NCBI RefSeq assembly: GCF_006345805.1
Contig: NC_042999.1
Location: forward strand, 75,392,001 to 75,456,000
Source: Octopus sinensis
Taxonomy: Eukaryota
Direction of reading: 5' to 3'
Length of the DNA stretch: 64,000 bases
Shown: piece by piece, positions 39,731 to 51,165 of the stretch
Layout of the letters: each line of letters opens with the position of its first letter
How positions within the stretch are numbered: position 1 is the stretch's first letter
Program-made: the position numbers and the translations under genes
Notes under the pieces: generated by a model
What the model saw: only the letters and a program-made list of their open reading frames with translations
Told to the model about the DNA's origin: nothing
Databases searched by the model: none

Positions 39731-41260
39731 GGACAAACATACAAATATTTAGTGATAAATGAAGGCTCTGGTATTCAGCATGCAAGCATGAAAGAGAAGA
39801 TCAGGAAGGAATGTTATAGGAGAGTTCGTGCAGTCCTGAAATCTAAACTAAATGCACGTAACAAGGTGTTAGCTATAAATTCCTTAGCAGTTCCAGTTGT
39901 TACTTATAGCTACAATGTGTTGAACTGGAATATGAGGGAAGTAAAGAATATAGATAGGAAAATACGCAAGCTGCTGAGTTGTAATAGGATGCACCACCCA
40001 AAGGCAGACGTAGATCGCCTTTACCTCCCCAGAGTCCAAGGAGGTCGAGGCCTGATCCAATTTGAACTAGCTTACAAAACAACCACAATTGGACTGGCCA
40101 AATATCTTGAAATAACGAATGACTGGATGCTAAAGCTCGTGGAAAATCACGAGAGACGAAAGAAGCTTCATTCTATCATAAAGGAAAGCAAAAAATTTGC
40201 TATTGATCTCGTGCAGAATACCCAAACTGAACAACCCGAGGGAAGAATGGCAACTATTGTTGCAAAGAAGGTGAAAATAATGGTAACGAAAAAAGCGCAT
40301 GAGCAATTGGCTGATAGGTGGGAGGAGAAACCTCTGCACGGTAAATATGTGGCCCGTAGCAAACAAGCTGATGTTGACCAGAAGCAAACCCATCAGTGGC
40401 TACGGAGCTCAGTGCTAAAAGCAGAGAGCGAAGGTTTCATCCTGGCTGCTCAAGATCAAAGCCTATTAACCCGGAACTACCAGGCCAATGTGATGAAAAA
40501 TGGAGCAGACCCAAAATGCCGATTCTGCAACGACATGATTGAAACAGTGGACCACCTAATCTCTGGATGTAAAGTCTTAGCACCAGTGGAGTATAAATTA
40601 AGACATGACAGAGTTGGCCAATATCTCCACTGGCTAATAAGTCAGCATTACAATATCAAAACTGCCGACAAGTGGTATAATCACTACCCTGAAGCTGTAA
40701 CTGAAGGAGAAAATGTAACGATTCTGTGGGACTTTCCAGTACATACAGACCGAACCATCAAAGCCAATAAACCGGATATTGTTGTGAAAGACCAAAACAA
40801 TAAAGTTTGCTTATTGATCGACATGAGCATCCCCTGTGATCATAATATCTCGGCGAAAGAGTTTGACAAGCTCAGAAAATATAAAGACCTGCTCATTGAA
40901 ATTGAGAAAATGTGGCATCTCAAGGCGGTTACAATACCAGTAATCGTAGGAGTACTAGGAATGATCAAGAAGGGAACCGAAAATGATATGAGAATGATCT
41001 CTGGCTTACCATCCCTGCAAGAAGTGCAAAAGACTGTCTTAACTGGTACATCACACGTATTGAGAAGAGCATTGTCGATGTGAGAACTATTACTACCCAT
41101 GTATTCTAATTTAACTTAAAAAAAACAATGAACGAACTAGTGAGTTTAGTTTAATGGCCTACCAATGTATACTATGAGTTTCTTTGCCCTAGGAGTCGGG
41201 AAGACCACTCGGCAAGAAATGGAAGCAAATTTGAAAGAAGAAGAAAAAAAGATAACAGCG
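39731..41260 (+). mobile_element. 5'-truncated R4/Dong-type LINE with an intact C-terminal ORF (RT thumb, CCHC, restriction-like endonuclease)
   Basis: ORF 39752-41083 (443 aa): RLYLPRVQGGRGL, CRFC...ETVDHLISGC, RHD, KPDIVV, LLIDMSIP, KLRKYKDL. The 3' UTR runs into (AAT)n at 41261. Confidence 0.92.
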
Positions 41261-41269
41261 ATAATAATA

Positions 41270-41337
<68 letters not shown>

Positions 41338-41719
41338 TAAAGATTGAAAATCATTGCTTGGAATGGCAAGAGTACCCCACAGGGTTCTTGAAGCAAGATC
41401 AGTAAGCAAGTGTCACCTTAGTCTGCTGATTGTGTACAGCCGATCTTTTCCATCATACCCAACAAAATAAGGCTGAGAATTTTCATGATATATTTGGCCG
41501 TCATTCATAAGCGAGTGTGAGATGGTAGCTTGCACAATGCTTTTCACTAATTGTTTTAGGTGCCTATGTAGACCCAGTAGAGCATTGCAGATGTGACAGA
41601 TTGAATAAGAAACACTACTTCAGCGTTAGGCTCGTACACATTTTCAGTGGAGTAAACGGCAACACCGCGAAACAAAATTACTTGCTGAAAAACATGATTG
41701 TTATTCCAATGCTTTAAGC

Positions 41720-43780
41720 ACTAGGTTAAGCTTACAACCAAGAAAACAATATGGCATATAAGCAAAGAGAACGATAAAAAATAAATTAATGATCTCGTAC
41801 TTGTTAATGCGATCGACGTAAATGTATATAAGAAATACAAACAAATACTATTTAAATGCGACATTAAAAAGAAGTACCAGAAATCAAAGAACGTGTAAAA
41901 CAAGAGAACCTCGCTCAATCTCAAAACATCAGTCGTTATGAAACACGACAACGATTCTTTGAACAAAATAAACAGTTCTAATCAAAACCAAACGAATTTA
42001 TGGAGAACTACGTAAAAATATAATAGAAATGAATACAAAGTTCCAGCAGTAAGAGTTGAAGGATTCTAAGGGAGTGTTTGAGAAGAGAAGAATTACTGCA
42101 GCCAATATTCTGCTAAATAACAAATGCAGCATCTGACCAAATGGGGGAAGCAATAGCAATACAGTATGTAACAGATGCTACAAAAACAAGCATAAAAAAT
42201 GATAATGTTCCAGATTTCTAGTTGATATATTCAAGTAGTACAAGGAAAAAAGAACATCAGAATGTCATACCTAGAATAAGACTATCTCAACTTTAAGACT
42301 AAGCAAAAGTCGGTGAGCTGGCGGATTTATTAGTGCGTCGGACAAATTACGGAGCAGCATTTCCTCCGGTCCTTTATGTTCTGAGTTCAAATGCCACGGA
42401 GGTCGACTTTTCATGTTTTCGGTATCAATAAAATAAGTTCCACTTGAGTACCGGGACCGATTTAATCGATTTCCCTCTCCCCTCAAATCTATTGGCCTTG
42501 TACTAACGTCAGACACAATCTTTAGACTAAAAATAGATACTAAAACCTACACACTCGTAACTTGCATGCTTGCAGTGAACAAACAGTTATTACAAAGAAT
42601 AAACGCATACTTGGAAAATTATTTACAGAAACACAGAAGGAATGCAGCAAAGGATCATGCTGCATGTTTGTAAATATGAATTACTGACCAACCCGACTCT
42701 CACCGAAAACAGTATTTGATAAAGAAGGGTGTGAGTTTGGTTGAGATAGAGCTTTCAGAGAGATTTTATTACTGTCTCTGTAGATTCTGGAAACTTCATC
42801 CTCAAGTAAGATTGCATGAAAAACAAACAGATACTCAGAACAAATTATGAATAAATAATAAAAAGAATTTTACAGATACAGACAAAAGCAAGGATTATAA
42901 AGAAAGTAAAATATTTAGAAGAGAAATAAGAGATTCCTTTTTTTTTCACACCTTCTACGAATTGCATGAACACTTTAACCAGTATGATAATCTAGACTGA
43001 ACTCAAATGCAAATGCTAAGAGAAGGAGCTAAAGATCTGTAGTATATGGGTGACCTCAATCTGTACACGAAAGATGACAAGCAACTGGTACTACTATTAG
43101 AGTATATAAATTCAGTAGTATATTCGAGAAAAATAATACGTCAATGCAACATTAAAATAGAAAATTAATAAAAACGCATACAAGATTAAGAGAATTAGAT
43201 CCAACACAGACTCAGAAATACTTATATTTGCATACGTACACAAACGAAGGGAAAGGTTATGAAGGAATAAGATATATTAGGTTAATTCTTACAATAGAAG
43301 TAGAAGTAAAATTAAAGGCATCACTATTGTATTTGTTTCGTTATTAAATTTTATTTATATTGTTCTCAACTAGACTCTAAATGAATTTCCAAAGCTAGAT
43401 AAGAAGAAAAACAATGACTGTATTTACAATATCCCAAACACCAACCCTGAATAAATATATTCAACACGAATACAGGACGATCTTTTTCAACGAGAAAATT
43501 ATTAAAAGTTATTTATTTTAGGATGTCTTAAAAAATCCATCGTAATATAAAATAGAGGATACGATCTTAGACAGCTTTGACAGGAATGGAAACACAACAG
43601 CAGAAACCATCTGAACAGAAAACAAGAACTAAATTTAAAGGGGAATAACAAAAGAATATCCATATTTAGCCAATATCTGACAGGCCTAACCATGGTGTAA
43701 GTAGATAAAGAAAAATAGCAACAATGGCTGATAAACTGAGAGCTAAAAACTGAGATGGACAGCATTTTTATTGCGGCATA
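41720..43780 (+). mobile_element. Heavily decayed R4/Dong-type RT region (split by a SINE)
   Basis: Short surviving peptides SRYETRQRFFEQNKQF (pre-RT region) and YMGDLNLYTKDDKQL (YMDDLKLY catalytic motif, about 43045-43090), plus a post-RT segment resembling ORF 39752. Confidence 0.55.
42312..42505 (+). mobile_element. SINE family B
   Basis: ggtgagctggcgg...gttctgagttcaaatgccacggaggtcgac. Confidence 0.75.
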
Positions 43781-43880
43781 AAACCGAATCTATCCAAGCA
43801 AAACCTACAAATATATAATAAAAGCAGAATGCAAGAATTTGAGGCTGTAGGCACATAATCATACTGTTTCTGATTAGTAT

Positions 43881-43933
<53 letters not shown>

Positions 43934-43940
43934 ATATATA

Positions 43941-45701
43941 TAAGAAAGTTTGTTTGGTAAAGCACGTGGGTGAATATATAAGAAAATAGTAAAGTGTGAA
44001 AAAACGACAGAAGGCTTAAGAAATACCAAAAAGGATCAGTAAGGAATTCATTACTAAATCAATTGAATTCATCCTACACAATAACCACTTCATGTTTGAC
44101 AATACATTTTACCGTCAAAAATCCGGAATTGCTATGGGTACAAGGGCAGCACCAGTCATTCCGAACTTAACAATGGGATACATGGAAATAATCATTTACC
44201 AGGAATCTCTATCAATCTTTGGAAACTCCCTCTCTCAATACATAAAAGAGAATTGGAAACGATTCCTAGACGATTGTTTCATTCTCTGGAATGAAAACAT
44301 AGATAAACTCCAAAAATTTAAAAACCTATTGAACAGCATAAACCCAAATATACAGTTCACAATGGAATACAACCAAAAGGAGCTCCCGTTCTTGGATATA
44401 CTAATTAAAAAAATTAACCTTAAAATAGAAACAGACATTTTTTACAAAGCCACAGACGCCAAACAATACCTTCTTTTTAATTCATGCCACCCAAGACACA
44501 CTAAAACAAACATCCCCTTCAACCTTGCAAGAAGGATATGCACAATAGTGTCAGAACAAAATACCAGGAACTTTAGACTGCAAGAACTCAAAAACACCCT
44601 AATTGACAGACATTACCCAGCTCAACTCATAGAGGATGGGATCAGACGTGCAACAGAAATCAACATAGAAACTTTAAGAAAAGTTCAACACAACAACACA
44701 CCTTCCCCGAAAATACTACCTTACATATCTACATACAACCCCAGAAACAAAGAAGCCTTCACCATCATCACCCAGAATTTACCAATACTTCATAAAAACC
44801 CAAAATTAAAGGAAATTCTAAACATACACCAAATCATTAAAAGCTACAAACAGCCTAAATCACTTAAAAAGATTCTCACAAAGGCAAAATTGTCTTCTAA
44901 AATTACGGACGCAAAAGTAAAAAAATGTGGTAGATCGAACTGTGCAACATGTCCTAACCTATTGGAAGGATCAGAATTCTTCTTTAAAGAGGGACAGAAA
45001 TTCAAGATCAAATCTAACTTTACTTGTGCCTCTGAAAACATAATTTATGTCATTAAATGCTCGGGCTGCCACCAAGACTACGTGGGTTCCACGGGACTAT
45101 CACTCAGGCGTAGATGCACACTGCATCGACAACAGATTGCATTCCCAGAATATAGAATGATACCTTTTAGTGAGCACATTGAGAAATGCGCAAAGCAACT
45201 ACTGCCACAATTTTTAATCTTCCCATTTTACCAATGTGCTTTCGGATCATCAACACAAATGAGACTGAACAAGGAAACATTCTTCATTGAAAAGTACAAA
45301 CCCAGACTCAACCATCCGAACATACCTACACAGAGAAATTAACAAGGGAAAGGGAAAAACCATCCGAACATACTGACACAGAGAAATGAACAAGGGAAAA
45401 GGGGAAAAAAAATTTTAAGCGATTATCTCCCTTACACCGGAAGAAATCACTCACTACCTCCCCTTATTTAGAAATCTCCTGAAAATAAATACAACGATAA
45501 CTCCATGCAATATAAACATAACGTCACAAGAAATTTGAAAAGCTACACGCGAAACCGGTAATTTCTTTAAAAATTTTAAAATTATGTCATTTTAAGGAAA
45601 GGAAAAAAATTTTTCCAATATTCTCCAGACATTTTGACACAAATATATATATTTTTTAACATTTAAGCCTTCTGTCGTTTTTTCACACTTTACTATTTTC
45701 T

Positions 45702-45702
<1 letters not shown>
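43941..45702 (+). mobile_element. Penelope-like element (RT plus GIY-YIG), 5'-truncated, with an inverted pseudo-LTR piece
   Basis: ORF 44092-45342 (open from about 44045): GIAMGT, WKRFLDDCF, SCHPRHTK, Cys linker CGRSNCATC (Neptune-like), IIYVIKCSGCHQDYVGST. 43974-44019 is the exact reverse complement of 45663-45708. Both ends lie in (AT)n. Confidence 0.93.
45528..45567 (+). ncRNA. Minimal type I hammerhead ribozyme motif in the PLE 3' region
   Basis: aagaaat|TTGAAAA|gc tacac gc|GAAA|ccgg|TA|atttctt: perfect 7-bp stem I, core UUGAAAA (U3-A8 replacing C3-G8), 2-bp stem II, palindromic ACCGGU stem III, GUA cleavage triplet. Confidence 0.75.
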
Positions 45703-45756
<54 letters not shown>

Positions 45757-47176
45757 CTAGTATTATGATCCGACGTTGCCGGGTCATAGTACTAGTGCAT
45801 GTATATATGTATATATGTATATATATATGTGTACATATTACATGTACATGTATATATATACATCTACACATAAAATACAAAATACAAAGTTATATCTTGA
45901 TATCGCTAGTGATAACAATACTCAAAATATATAACAGACTGGAATTATAGGCCCGTCTCTTGCAATTTCGATCAATTGTATCTTTCCTCCCTCTTGTATA
46001 GAAGTGTGGCCTACCTTTACTTCTGAGGGGACATTTTTAATTTTTATCCGGGTCGTCCTACATCCCAGATATAAAGGTGAAAATAAAATATTTCCACTTT
46101 GCAAAGTTCGAGTCGAGTACTCCCTTGCACGCTCCGTTGACTCGAACCTTGCTTCTATTGTGGCGAATTTGCCGCGACTATCTTTCATAGTCGCACCAAG
46201 ACACTTTTCGATGGTGCTTTCCCCCAGGTGTTCAAATCTTTTTTTTTCTCTACATTGTATACTTTATAGACAATAATCTTTTCTTTAATTTAATTTTTTA
46301 TTTCGTTTGTTGGTGTTATCCTAGATTCACCGTCTTTGTCGGTAATCAATCCGAAATAGGTTTGTATTTCTTCCATTTTAATTTTAATGAGTTCGCGCCC
46401 GCCGACGGCTGCAGCGAAATTCATTTTTGGACTTTCTTCTATCGAAGGCATTCTAACAAAAATGCTTCCGTGTAAACGGTGAAAATATTGTCAATTTCCC
46501 CAAACAGGGATACAATTCAATTTTTAAACAATAACCAAAGCTCCTTCTCCCAAAGGGGAAGGGTTACAGTTTACAATTATTCAACAAATGCAACACAACA
46601 ACGTTTCCCTTACGAGGAACCAACAAACGTGATAACAATAGTTAAACAGTAATAATAATAACAACAGTACGCAGTTGAACCTATAGTCCTTTATGTATAA
46701 TAGTCCATCTGGACCATTCCATTTCTGCACGCTAATTTTATTTTCAATTTATTCCCATTCGTGTGAAACCACTTATTCAAGCTCAAGTCATTGATGCAAT
46801 TTTATACCAATTGCTATTTTTACTTTTGTTATGTTACGATTATATTATTCTTTAGTTTGATTTTAATTATTACTTACTACATATAATTCAATTGTTATTA
46901 TTATTTTTATTGTTAAAGTGAAAGCATCTGACATAAAATAGAGAAATGTTTTTGTTTCACTTTTAACACGTAATACTGAAATAGTGGAGAAGATATGATA
47001 TTGCTATGGGCTCGCTCTAGGCAAGAAGTTGAACATCTTTTTGCCCATGAAACTACATGGAACCTAAGTAAGGCATGTGTAAAATTTGAATGAAATTGGT
47101 GGTGTAGTTCTCAAGTTTTAGGGAAACACACAGACAGACAGACAGACACACATTCTCAGTTTTATTTATATAGAGA
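45757..47176 (-). mobile_element. Non-autonomous Helitron
   Basis: Minus strand starts A|TCTCTATATAAATAAAA followed by a (GTCT)n run, and ends with a GC hairpin (gacccggcaacgtcggatc) about 7 nt before CTAG|T. This gives the canonical TC...hairpin...CTAG inserted at an AT dinucleotide. Confidence 0.75.
45950..46430 (-). pseudogene. Tx1-type ORF1 fragment inside the Helitron
   Basis: KMNFAAAVG and GKFATIEARFESTERAREYSTRTLQSGNILFSPLYLGCRTTRIKIKNVPSEV align with ORF1 of 4253-9643 (KINFASAA; FGTVEVRFPSEEKAREHSTKMLKSDDVVLLPFYLGMRTSKITVTDIPPEI). Confidence 0.8.
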
Positions 47177-47689
47177 TATATACGAAAACAAGTACATTCA
47201 AGTATGGAGAACTAGACTTTTCACCACTTGCCGGAATATATTTGAAGAAGCACTCCCCAGACACGGTTTCATAGAATGACAAAATGACTGTATTCTTGAA
47301 CACGACAATTTTTACAGACAAGTAAATTAAAGTAAATCTCCGCCGCTAAAAGAAATATTTTATGACTAATGTGTCGATTCTACCGGATGATATAATATCT
47401 CTAACACATGTAGAGGACTTATGCAAACATAATATCAAGAAATAGCGATAATGTGAAAGTGAGGGTTGAAAATAGACTCAACACTTATAAGTGCTTTAGG
47501 AATGATATAAACGATACAGATAAATACGTCACCAAATCGCAGATCTCACACAACATGCAGCTATTGTTAGACTCAGCACACCACTGAAGACTCAGTACAG
47601 CAGAAAAATACAAACGAAAGAAATGTTGCAAGTATCCTAGATACAAAGCTACGCTTGGCTTAAAAAAGCACTTAATTAGAAAACTACAA

Positions 47690-48245
47690 TTGCCCTGATG
47701 CAATACCAGGCAGTGGCTCTTAAGGCTTCTGATCTGAAATGATTGGAAGTTTTAACATGTATATGTTTTGTCTTGGTGTAAAGAATGGGATACAGCAAAT
47801 ATTCTGTTCAATGCCACAGATTAGGTTTTCAGTTGTTTGACCATAACCTGGCGAGCAGGTGACTTAGTGGCTGACGATATGTGCATCTCTGATCATGAGC
47901 AGGAGTAGTGGGGAGACATCATAGCCTTGTGTTGAGAGGAATTATTTGGGGTTTGGACAATTCAGCCTGGAAACTTGGGTGTTTCGTCCATCAACCTTAA
48001 ACAACCCTTGTTCGGAGACCTTCTGAGTGGGTTGGGCTCCTCGACCTCAAGAAAATTCTGACTGGGCCCCATCTGCAAGGTCATGCACCGTTTATCTCGA
48101 TATGAGGTCACCGTGTCACGTAGATGTGGTTGTGATGCATGTGTCTGGTGTACCGTTATCATTCGGGTAGTCATGATCGGTATATTAGGCTTCGTGTATT
48201 TGCAACCCAGTGTCATTTTGATGGCGTGTACCGCTCTCTCAATAA
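47690..48245 (-). repeat. Interspersed repeat of unknown class abutting (AAT)n
   Basis: GC-richer non-coding block that I recognise as an octopus-type common repeat; no second copy in the window. Confidence 0.4.
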
Positions 48246-48364
48246 TAATTATTATTATTACAATAGCAATAATAATAATGATATGATGATGATGATGATG
48301 ATGATGACGACGACGACGACAACAACAGCAGCAGCAATAACAACAACAATAATAATAATACTCT

Positions 48365-49220
48365 AGATTTGCCGGAAACCACTAAAGTCATGGCGAAATG
48401 ATCAGGTAGCGAAAGTGCTGCATAGGAAACTGTGAAAAGTGGGGGCTAGAGAGAGGTATGAGCATAAACTGCAGTGGGTGGTGGAGTCAGAGACTAGCAA
48501 AATCCTCTGGGATTTCCCAATCGAATCAGGTGCTAGATCAGGTGGGAAAGGTGCACCACATATGCTATATAGTTGAAGTAGCATGCCCCTTTAACTCACG
48601 AATAATCAAGAAGGAAGGCGAAAAAATAGATAAATACAAGTCTCTTAAGTACGAAATAGCCTGCCTATGGAAATGAAGAAGGTGAAAATAGTGCCTATTA
48701 TTGTTGGATCCCTTTACAAACTCAGTAAACCCCTGGAATGGTAGAGCTATTAAGTACACTGCTACCTCAAGATAAACTCTACAAACATGGTAGCTCTAAT
48801 AGCTAAACTTCTCTAAGAATCTTGCAGGGTGACCAAAGCAATTGTACATGTACTCATTTACTATCAATACATTGTTGACTGGTTGAGTCATGACAAATAG
48901 CAGCTGTTGTATGTAGGAAAAATCGTGTCCATTATAAGATATATATTATATATATATAATTATTCTATTTTCAGTTATTAGATATGAGGTAGATTTAGAA
49001 AAAAGGCACCAAAAAGTTATCAAGAGGAATATCAAGGAAATTGGAATAGAATGCCCAGTAGAACTGTTACAAAAGGTTTGCTTTCTTGGCACTACCAGAA
49101 TAATCAGGAAAGCATTAGATAGCTAAAAAGAACGGATAGCATGGTACCATAGGCTGCAGTTAGTAAGCCCGCTACACATGCAAAACTCCAGGAGTTCCAA
49201 CAAAACCTGTGATAAAAAGA
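48365..49220 (+). mobile_element. Older R4/Dong-type RLE remnant, interrupted
   Basis: KILWDFPIES, CYIVEVACPFNSRIIKKEGEKIDKYKSLKYEIACLWK, IVPIIVGS, and later VELLQKVCFLGTTRIIRKAL followed by a TAA-type tail. Confidence 0.7.
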
Positions 49221-49289
49221 AATAATAATAAAAATAATAATGATGATGTTGATTATGATGAGGATGATGACGATAAGACCTACACAATA

Positions 49290-50289
49290 GCAATGAACAT
49301 GTCCTTATCTAGTACAGAGGACTGGATGCTGCGGCTTGTGTGCAAGCACGAAAGCAGCAGAAAGTAACATTCTACTGTCAAAGAAGCTTGTAAATTCGCA
49401 AAGGAACTCGGCATTAACTCGGAATTAGATAAAGAGCCTGAAACTACTGCCACCAAGCAAGCAAAATGAATCACGCAAACTGAAAAAAAAAAAAAAAAAA
49501 AGAAAAGAGACCGGCAGAAACAAGTTGAGGAACGGTGGAGTTCATATTGGTAGCACTAGACCAAAGCTTGCTTACCAGAAACTACCAAGCTAAAGTTCTT
49601 CAAAACGGTTCTGAACCTAAATGCAGATTCTGTAACACATTTGATGATACAATACACCGTCTCGTTTCAAGATGTCCTGTTCTGACACCAGACGAATCCA
49701 AAAAACATTACTACCAAAATAGTGTAGGACAGTATTTACATTGGAAAATTCGTAAATACTACAAAATCAGCACTCCTGCTTATTGGTATGAGCATCATTT
49801 TGAGCCAGTCGTTGAATGTAAAAATGTCACTGTCCTCTGAGATTTTTCATTCAGCATCGACAGAATGATCCAGGATAATCGACCAGGCATAATTATTAAA
49901 GACGAGGAAGAAAATAACTGTAGACTAAAAAACGTATTAATATTATATCTATAAAAGAATTTGAGAAATTAAGTAAATATAAGGACCTGGAAATTGAAAT
50001 ACAAAAGATGTGCTATCTTAAAGCAAGAACTGTTCCTGTTATCGTGGGTGCCCTAGGCATGATAAAGAAAGGTAAGTCAGAAACATTTAGATAACTTCCC
50101 AGGAGAACCATGTCTCAGAGAAATCCCAAAAAACTATATGGAGATATTTCTCTACTGTATTTGCCACTTCCCCTCTCCAAGCTTTCAGTCATACTGTAAC
50201 ATCTCTCATCCTTCACTTGCTTGAGGGCGCTGGCAGTGTCTCAGCAAGTGATTGCAACAAACATCCAGGTTAAAAGCAAACAACAGCAA

Positions 50290-50290
<1 letters not shown>
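49290..50290 (+). mobile_element. Decayed R4/Dong-type LINE 3' part
   Basis: DWMLRLVCKHE, LDQSLLTRNYQAKVLQNGSEPKCRFC, GQYLHWKI, VPVIVGALGMIKKG. The 3' UTR ends in (AAT)n at about 50288. Confidence 0.88.
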
Positions 50291-50329
<39 letters not shown>

Positions 50330-50330
50330 C

Positions 50331-50484
50331 CTGAAATTTTGGGGAAGGGGACTAGTCGATTTCATCGGCCCAGTGTTTCACTGGTACTTAATTTACCAAC
50401 CCCGAAAGGATGAATGGCAAAATCGACCTCGGCGGAATTTGAACTCAGAATGGAAAGAACCGCAAGAAATGCGGCTAAGCATTT
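50331..50484 (-). mobile_element. SINE family B
   Basis: Reverse complement of family B body (ttctgagttcaaattccgccgaggtcgattttgcc). Confidence 0.8.
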
Positions 50485-50486
50485 TG

Positions 50487-50650
50487 TGTGGTGCGTGGCG
50501 AAGTGGTTAAGGAGCCCGCTTTGTACCCAAGTGGTTTTGGATTCAGTCCCACGGCGTGGCATCATGGGAAAGTGTTTTCTACTATAGTCCTGGGTCGAGA
50601 AATGCCTTATGAGTAAATTTTGAGAAATGGTGTCGAAGACCGTCGTATAT
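50487..50650 (+). mobile_element. SINE family A-related, diverged
   Basis: gcgtggcgaagtggttaag...ggattcagtcccacggcgtggc...tctactatag...gaccgtcgtatata. Confidence 0.65.
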
Positions 50651-50667
50651 ATATATATATATGTATG

Positions 50668-50718
<51 letters not shown>

Positions 50719-50756
50719 TATATATATAATATATATATATATATATACATATATTA

Positions 50757-50959
50757 CTCTTTTACTTGTTTCAGTCATTTGACTGCGGCCAAGCTGGAGC
50801 ACCTCCTTAGATGAGCAAATCGATCTCGAGACTTATTCTTTGTAAGCCTAGTACTTATTCTATCGGTCTCTTTTGCCGAACTGTTATGTTACGGGGACGT
50901 AATCACTCCACCATCGGGTGTCAAGCGATGTTGGGGGGGGGACAAACACAGTCGTACAA

Positions 50960-50975
<16 letters not shown>
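50757..50975 (+). mobile_element. SINE family C
   Basis: Matches 1568-1775; (CA)n tail. Confidence 0.8.
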
Positions 50976-50990
<15 letters not shown>

Positions 50991-51004
50991 TAAACATATA
51001 TATA

Positions 51005-51165
51005 TATCGGTCTTCTTTCAGCTTCCGTCTACCAAATCCACTCACAAGGCTTTGGTCAGCCCGAGGCTATAGTAGAAGACACTTGCCCAAGGTGTCACGC
51101 AGTGGGACTGAACCCGGAAACATGTGGTTGGTAAGCAAGCTACTTAATACACAGCCACGAAGCAG
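51005..51165 (-). mobile_element. tRNA-derived SINE family A
   Basis: Reverse complement: gtggctgtgtattaagtagcttgcttaccaaccacatgtttccgggttcagtcccactgcgtg... Confidence 0.85.
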
